Source: Candidatus Latescibacterota bacterium
GTDB taxonomy: Bacteria > Latescibacterota > UBA2968
Length of the DNA: 64,000 bases
Direction: 5' to 3'
Assembly (NCBI GenBank): GCA_965205975.1
Contig: OZ242195.1
Coordinates: 3,680,001 to 3,744,000 of the forward strand
How positions within the stretch are numbered: the stretch's first letter is position 1; the number at the start of each line of letters is the position of its first letter. Shown piece by piece: positions 59,596-64,000 of this stretch. The position numbers were made by a program, and so were the translations under genes. The notes under the pieces are model-generated. The model had not been told where the DNA came from. It was given only the letters and a program-made list of their open reading frames with translations, and ran no database searches.

Positions 59596-60546
59596 TCACC
59601 GCCTCTGCTCTTCATGAAAAAGAAACGAAAGCAAAGTAAAACGACGTCCCCGAATCACTGGCTGGACCTCGTGGAGAAAAGAACTGGAAAACGCGATAGC
59701 ATCGCCTGCTGACGGGCGATAGCGGTGGGGGCCAAACTCGGGAAAAATCAGATGACCGCCTGTATAATCGTCATTGAGATTGAGCGTAAGCGCAAAGCGA
59801 CGGTGGGCAGTTGAAGGACTGAGATTATCGCGGTGGGCGTGAAAAAAACCCCCACTCTCCGCGTCATAACACGCGATCTTAAAGCCCTCAAAACGCGTCG
59901 CCCTGTAGTGGAAAGCGCGTTGTACCTCGGGCATAACCCGGCGCCCCACCGTGGAAGTAAGCAACCGCAAAAGTCGGGCATCGGTAACCTCGTGGTCTCG
60001 CCGCTTTTTGTTTTCGTAGTCAATAACATCGCGCCGAACGCCAGATTTGGAACTTTCAACACCGGTCTCTGTATTGCCCTTTGTCGCCCATACATTGATG
60101 AGCGCCCGACAGATATCCGGAGTCAGAACATTGGGAATGAGGAGCACGGGAGCCTGGACAACGATATCAATAGACCCATGAGAAGGCAGGCTCCTAAACG
60201 CGCGATAAATCTGATCAAACGCATTTGGATCCTCAATCCCAGACAGAACGCGCAGATTGGCATCCAGCGCGAACGCGGCAAAATCTCCCTCGAGACCATA
60301 AGCTTTGCCAACCGCGTTTTCACCGTCGATAAATACGGTAACACTCGCCTTCGCAAGCTCCGATGGGCTAATAACAAAAACATCTACCTCTCCCAAAACC
60401 TCTAAACCTTCTAAAACCTGTTCTTCCCCTGTAAAAATCAAAAGTGTCGGACGACCGCCTGCGCGGGAATAAAAGCGCGTTTGAGGACCGTCTATTGTCG
60501 GAAGGACAAAATCGGGGGCGCGTTCGCCCCGGTTGAGGATACCCAT
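59596..60546 (-). CDS. Redoxin-like domain fused to a 2OG-Fe(II) oxygenase
   Basis: GERAPDFVLP N-terminus; HRDN, RRFALTLNLN, LHEV.PV..G.R. Confidence 0.8.
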   Translation of the reverse strand: MGILNRGERAPDFVLPTIDGPQTRFYSRAGGRPTLLIFTGEEQVLEGLEVLGEVDVFVISPSELAKASVTVFIDGENAVGKAYGLEGDFAAFALDANLRVLSGIEDPNAFDQIYRAFRSLPSHGSIDIVVQAPVLLIPNVLTPDICRALINVWATKGNTETGVESSKSGVRRDVIDYENKKRRDHEVTDARLLRLLTSTVGRRVMPEVQRAFHYRATRFEGFKIACYDAESGGFFHAHRDNLSPSTAHRRFALTLNLNDDYTGGHLIFPEFGPHRYRPSAGDAIAFSSSFLHEVQPVIRGRRFTLLSFLFHEEQRR

Positions 60547-60568
60547 AGTGAGCCTCTTAGCGTTTAAC

Positions 60569-62488
60569 ATGAACCATCATTCACGTTGCTCTTACCTATT
60601 CTTCTTCTTCCTCGGATGCCTCGCTCCCGACCCGGGACAGAACATATCCACCCAATCCACATCCAGCACTCAAAAACAAGCACCTCAAACCCGTGCCCCC
60701 CTCAAAATCGACCCCGCCATACTCCAGAACCGCACCTTTAACGAAGCCCCCATGTTCACCGAACAGGTCAACCAGGGCAAACTCCCACCCGTCTCTGAAC
60801 GACTACCCGAAAATCCCCTCATCATTGTTCCCCTTGAAGAAATTGGCATCTACGGCGGTACACTCAGACGCGCCCTTACCGGCGACATCGTACAAACACC
60901 GGGACCCAACAAAACCCTCAACGAAAACCTCATGGGCTATGAACGCCCCTTTCCAAATAGCATCCAACACAACCTGGCCGAGTACTTCACTTATGAGGAC
61001 AGTGGCAAAGTCGCAATTTTCAAAATCCGCAAAGGCGTCAAATGGTCCGACGGCCACCCATTCACCGTTGACGACATCCTCTTCTGGTATTACGACATGA
61101 CCTTTGATGACGACGCCCGTCAAAACCCCTTTCCCCCAGCGGGATGGATGGTAGATGGCAAACCCATGCAGCTCAAAAAAATCGACCCACACACCCTTGA
61201 AATCTCATCACCCAAACCCCTGGGGCGCGTACTCCACGAACTCAGCCGCGCTCTAATCGCCGCGCCAAAACACATCCTGTCTCCCCTGCACCCCAAATAC
61301 AATCCCAAAACCGATTACAACGCCTTTCGCGAAGCCACCACCAGCGCGCAATTGCTCATGCAGCCCGGCATCCCTCGCATCTCTGCCTGGATCCCCGTCG
61401 AATGGATTCGGGGTCAGCGCATTATCTATGAGCGCAACCCCTACTACTGGAAAATAGATACAGCGGGCAATCAACTCCCTTATGCCGACCGCATCATCTT
61501 CAACATCATCCAGGACCCCCAGGTAATCCTGCTAAAATTCATCAACGGCGAACTCGACCTGATCGGACGTTATACCCGCATCGACATGTTCCCCATCCTC
61601 AAAGTAAAAGAGAAAACCGGGAAATTCAATCTCCGAATCACCGGACCCAACAGAGGCCCTGCCTACCACCTCAACTGGGACGCGCCCAACCCCGCCTTGC
61701 GAGAAGCTTTTCGCAACAAAAACGTCCGCATCGCGCTCTCACACGCTGTAAACCGCGAAGAAATTGACGAAATCGTCTTCCACGGCCTCCTCGATCCCTC
61801 GGGCTATTCCTTCGGGCCTATAAGCCCCTATTTTTCTCCAAAAGCCTATAAAAAATACGCCGAATACGACCCCGACAAAGCCGGACATCTTCTCGACCTC
61901 GAAGGCTATATCGACACCGATGGCGATGGCATCCGCGAACTTCGGGATGGCTCGCGCTTTGAACTCACCATCGACTTCGTGCACCCCGGCGGCATGTTCA
62001 ACGGCCAACCCGTCTCTGAACTGGTTGCCGACCACTGGCGAGCCGTAGGGATCAAAGTCAACCTCAACGGCGGCCTGCGCGACATCATTGTCCCTCGCCG
62101 CTACAACTGCGAATACGATGTTCACTACTGGGGCCTCGAAGGACCCAACGCCCCCTTAACCTATCCCATTGGCTGGGCTATCCTGGCTAAAAACGTACCC
62201 TACTGGCATCAAAAAGCCTATGACGAAGGACCCCCCTGGCTACGCGAAGCCACCCAATACGTCCGCCTGGCCATGACCACCGTCGATACTGCAAAACTCC
62301 GCACATACATGACCCGTGTGCGCGACCTCCACACGGAAAACGTCCCCATCATCACCATCGGTTCTGCGTACCACGTCTGGGGTGCCAGCAGTCGCCTGGG
62401 CAATATCCCTTATGAAAACGTGGCCGACAACGCCTTTCTGGGCTGGAGCCGGCCGGTGTTTCACGAGCAGATATTTGTGAAAAAATGA
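60569..62488 (+). CDS. ABC transporter substrate-binding protein, family 5
   Basis: Lipobox FLGC, GKLPPVSERLP, KWSDGHPFT.DD, ERNPYYWK, R.ALS.A.NR. Confidence 0.9.
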   Translation: MNHHSRCSYLFFFFLGCLAPDPGQNISTQSTSSTQKQAPQTRAPLKIDPAILQNRTFNEAPMFTEQVNQGKLPPVSERLPENPLIIVPLEEIGIYGGTLRRALTGDIVQTPGPNKTLNENLMGYERPFPNSIQHNLAEYFTYEDSGKVAIFKIRKGVKWSDGHPFTVDDILFWYYDMTFDDDARQNPFPPAGWMVDGKPMQLKKIDPHTLEISSPKPLGRVLHELSRALIAAPKHILSPLHPKYNPKTDYNAFREATTSAQLLMQPGIPRISAWIPVEWIRGQRIIYERNPYYWKIDTAGNQLPYADRIIFNIIQDPQVILLKFINGELDLIGRYTRIDMFPILKVKEKTGKFNLRITGPNRGPAYHLNWDAPNPALREAFRNKNVRIALSHAVNREEIDEIVFHGLLDPSGYSFGPISPYFSPKAYKKYAEYDPDKAGHLLDLEGYIDTDGDGIRELRDGSRFELTIDFVHPGGMFNGQPVSELVADHWRAVGIKVNLNGGLRDIIVPRRYNCEYDVHYWGLEGPNAPLTYPIGWAILAKNVPYWHQKAYDEGPPWLREATQYVRLAMTTVDTAKLRTYMTRVRDLHTENVPIITIGSAYHVWGASSRLGNIPYENVADNAFLGWSRPVFHEQIFVKK

Positions 62489-62493
62489 TACAC

Positions 62494-62519
62494 GGGGCGG
62501 CACGGGGGCCGTCCCCTAC
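62494..62519. repeat. GTAG-type REP palindrome between convergent genes
   Basis: GGGGCGGCACGGGGGCCGTCCCCTAC. Confidence 0.75.
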
Positions 62520-63340
62520 GAAAAAAAAGACCTCAGAAAATTCGCAGACCGGATCGCGGCTTCATCGGGTGGCAGATCGCCGCCAAAGGCGTGATGCAGC
62601 GTCACGTAGCCTTGGTAATCGATGCTGTGCAACCCATCAAAAACTTCTTGAAAATCTATGCCGCCAGATTCATCGAGAGGTCGCAAAGTGGAATAAACCG
62701 TACCGCGCACCCATGTAGTCATAGGCATATCCCCATTGGGATCCGGGACGTGATTTTGCAAATAGACATTAAAAAGATAGGGTGCAAAGCGTTTGAGGGT
62801 ATCGGAACCGTAGCCTTCCCCACACAGAGCCAAATTCGCCGGCTCGTAAATAATGCCAAAATTTGGTCGGTCAATACTTTGAAGTGTCTCGATAGACCCC
62901 GTCACGGTTTCAAAAAGGCTCTGGGTGTGCGATTGATGTGCCAGACGTATATCTCGCTCGGCTGCCTCATCGGCTGCGCGCTGGGCATACACAATATCTG
63001 CATCAATCTTGATACAGACGCGCAGTAAATTGCAGCCAAGTGCGTCTGCCAGATCGAGATGCGGGGTAATATTGCGCAAACTCTCCGGTCCGTTGGGGCC
63101 ATTCTCGGGTATCGCAAAATCGCCGGTTGCCATTGAAACCGCGAGCTTGTGTCTCTTTAAAATACGTTGCACTTCAACAATGCGTTCGGGCGGGCTATGC
63201 GTACCCACGCCCGATGCACGCATGCAAAGTGCTTCATAACCTGCGCTTTGGGCAATTTCCGCGAGATCGGGCAGGGCAATTGTCAAATTGCGTTTATTGC
63301 GAAAGCTTTCTGCCACGCGGACTGAAAGAGAAAGTTGCAT
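62516..63340 (-). CDS. Sugar phosphate isomerase/epimerase (xylose-isomerase-like TIM barrel)
   Basis: AGYEAL, NFGIIYEPAN, G.IDF..V..L..IDYQGYVT. Confidence 0.75.
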   Translation of the reverse strand: MQLSLSVRVAESFRNKRNLTIALPDLAEIAQSAGYEALCMRASGVGTHSPPERIVEVQRILKRHKLAVSMATGDFAIPENGPNGPESLRNITPHLDLADALGCNLLRVCIKIDADIVYAQRAADEAAERDIRLAHQSHTQSLFETVTGSIETLQSIDRPNFGIIYEPANLALCGEGYGSDTLKRFAPYLFNVYLQNHVPDPNGDMPMTTWVRGTVYSTLRPLDESGGIDFQEVFDGLHSIDYQGYVTLHHAFGGDLPPDEAAIRSANFLRSFFS

Positions 63341-63453
63341 CGCAATCTCCAAACGAGTACGAGGTGAAAATTTCAACTTGCATCAGATGAATTTTTAACT
63401 ATTCTTACCCTTATCACATATTTTTCCTTGCCGCTGCGATGGAAGGTAATATC

Positions 63454-64000
63454 ATGATTGAAATGCAGGTTGTAGATTTGCGTCAAGAGCATTCAAACCA
63501 GAACGTGGTATGGCTGCAAAGCGTTGAGGGCAGTGTAATGGTGCCCATTGAAATTGGACATACCGAATATCGGTCTATTCAGGTAGAACTGGCAGGTGAA
63601 TCCATGCCGCGACCTCTTGCTTATGATTTGATGTGTGCAGTGTTGGCACATTTTGATGCCGAAATTGAACAGGTGCAGATTGTCGAATTGAAAGATCAGA
63701 TTTTCTACGCCGAACTCATCCTCTTTGCTCGGGGTGAACAAGTGCGTTTAGACGCCCGCCCCAGTGATAGTATCGTGCTGGCACTCAAATTTGGCGCACC
63801 CATCTACATGGATCCCAAAATTATTCAACAAGTGGGATTCAAAGTCCGCCGCACCGAATACGGTTATGAACTTGAGCAATTGAATCCACCCCAGGAACAA
63901 GACATTCTTGAAGAACCTATTCTGGACATCGCGCAGACAGCCGATCAACCACTGGAAGGAGTTGATTTTCAGGGACAGGATATCGATCCAGATGAACTGC
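63454..64000 (+). CDS. Bifunctional nuclease family protein (DUF151), runs off the window edge
   Basis: Hand translation: MIEMQVV...VPIEIG..E...PRPLAYDL...FYAEL...LDARPSDSIVLAL. Confidence 0.88.
   Translation, partial: MIEMQVVDLRQEHSNQNVVWLQSVEGSVMVPIEIGHTEYRSIQVELAGESMPRPLAYDLMCAVLAHFDAEIEQVQIVELKDQIFYAELILFARGEQVRLDARPSDSIVLALKFGAPIYMDPKIIQQVGFKVRRTEYGYELEQLNPPQEQDILEEPILDIAQTADQPLEGVDFQGQDIDPDEL

Overview
Gene-dense bacterial chromosomal window with about 61 CDS and no rRNA, tRNA or CRISPR array seen. The gene content (eight PhyH-type Fe/2OG dioxygenases, a GWxTD protein, a sulfatase, a large FN3 lipoprotein, hpnCDE) suggests an FCB-group organism of the Latescibacterota/Gemmatimonadota type, possibly a marine sponge symbiont; this is inference only. 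Housekeeping genes are thrC, hpnCDE, aspC, a phosphosugar mutase, recG, hflKC, coaE and gcvPA/PB. The best candidates for undescribed biology are: (1) a PhyH operon in which two enzymes carry a halogenase-like HxG motif instead of HxD; (2) a 15-kb envelope locus of GT2, TonB/ExbBD, ECF sigma/anti-sigma/periplasmic sensor, RND pump, RDD protein and FN3 lipoprotein, with Gly/Arg/Gln low-complexity tracts, followed by a sigma54 activator with a degenerate receiver domain and its own -24/-12 promoter; (3) an islet of HTH, coiled-coil repeat membrane protein and an M.EcoRV-like methylase with no nuclease, with a palindromic operator; (4) an AT-rich pair of a SAM methyltransferase and an unknown winged-helix protein. 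Intergenic DNA holds several REP-like palindrome families and a MITE with a TTA duplication. Product calls come from motif recognition by eye, not database searches.
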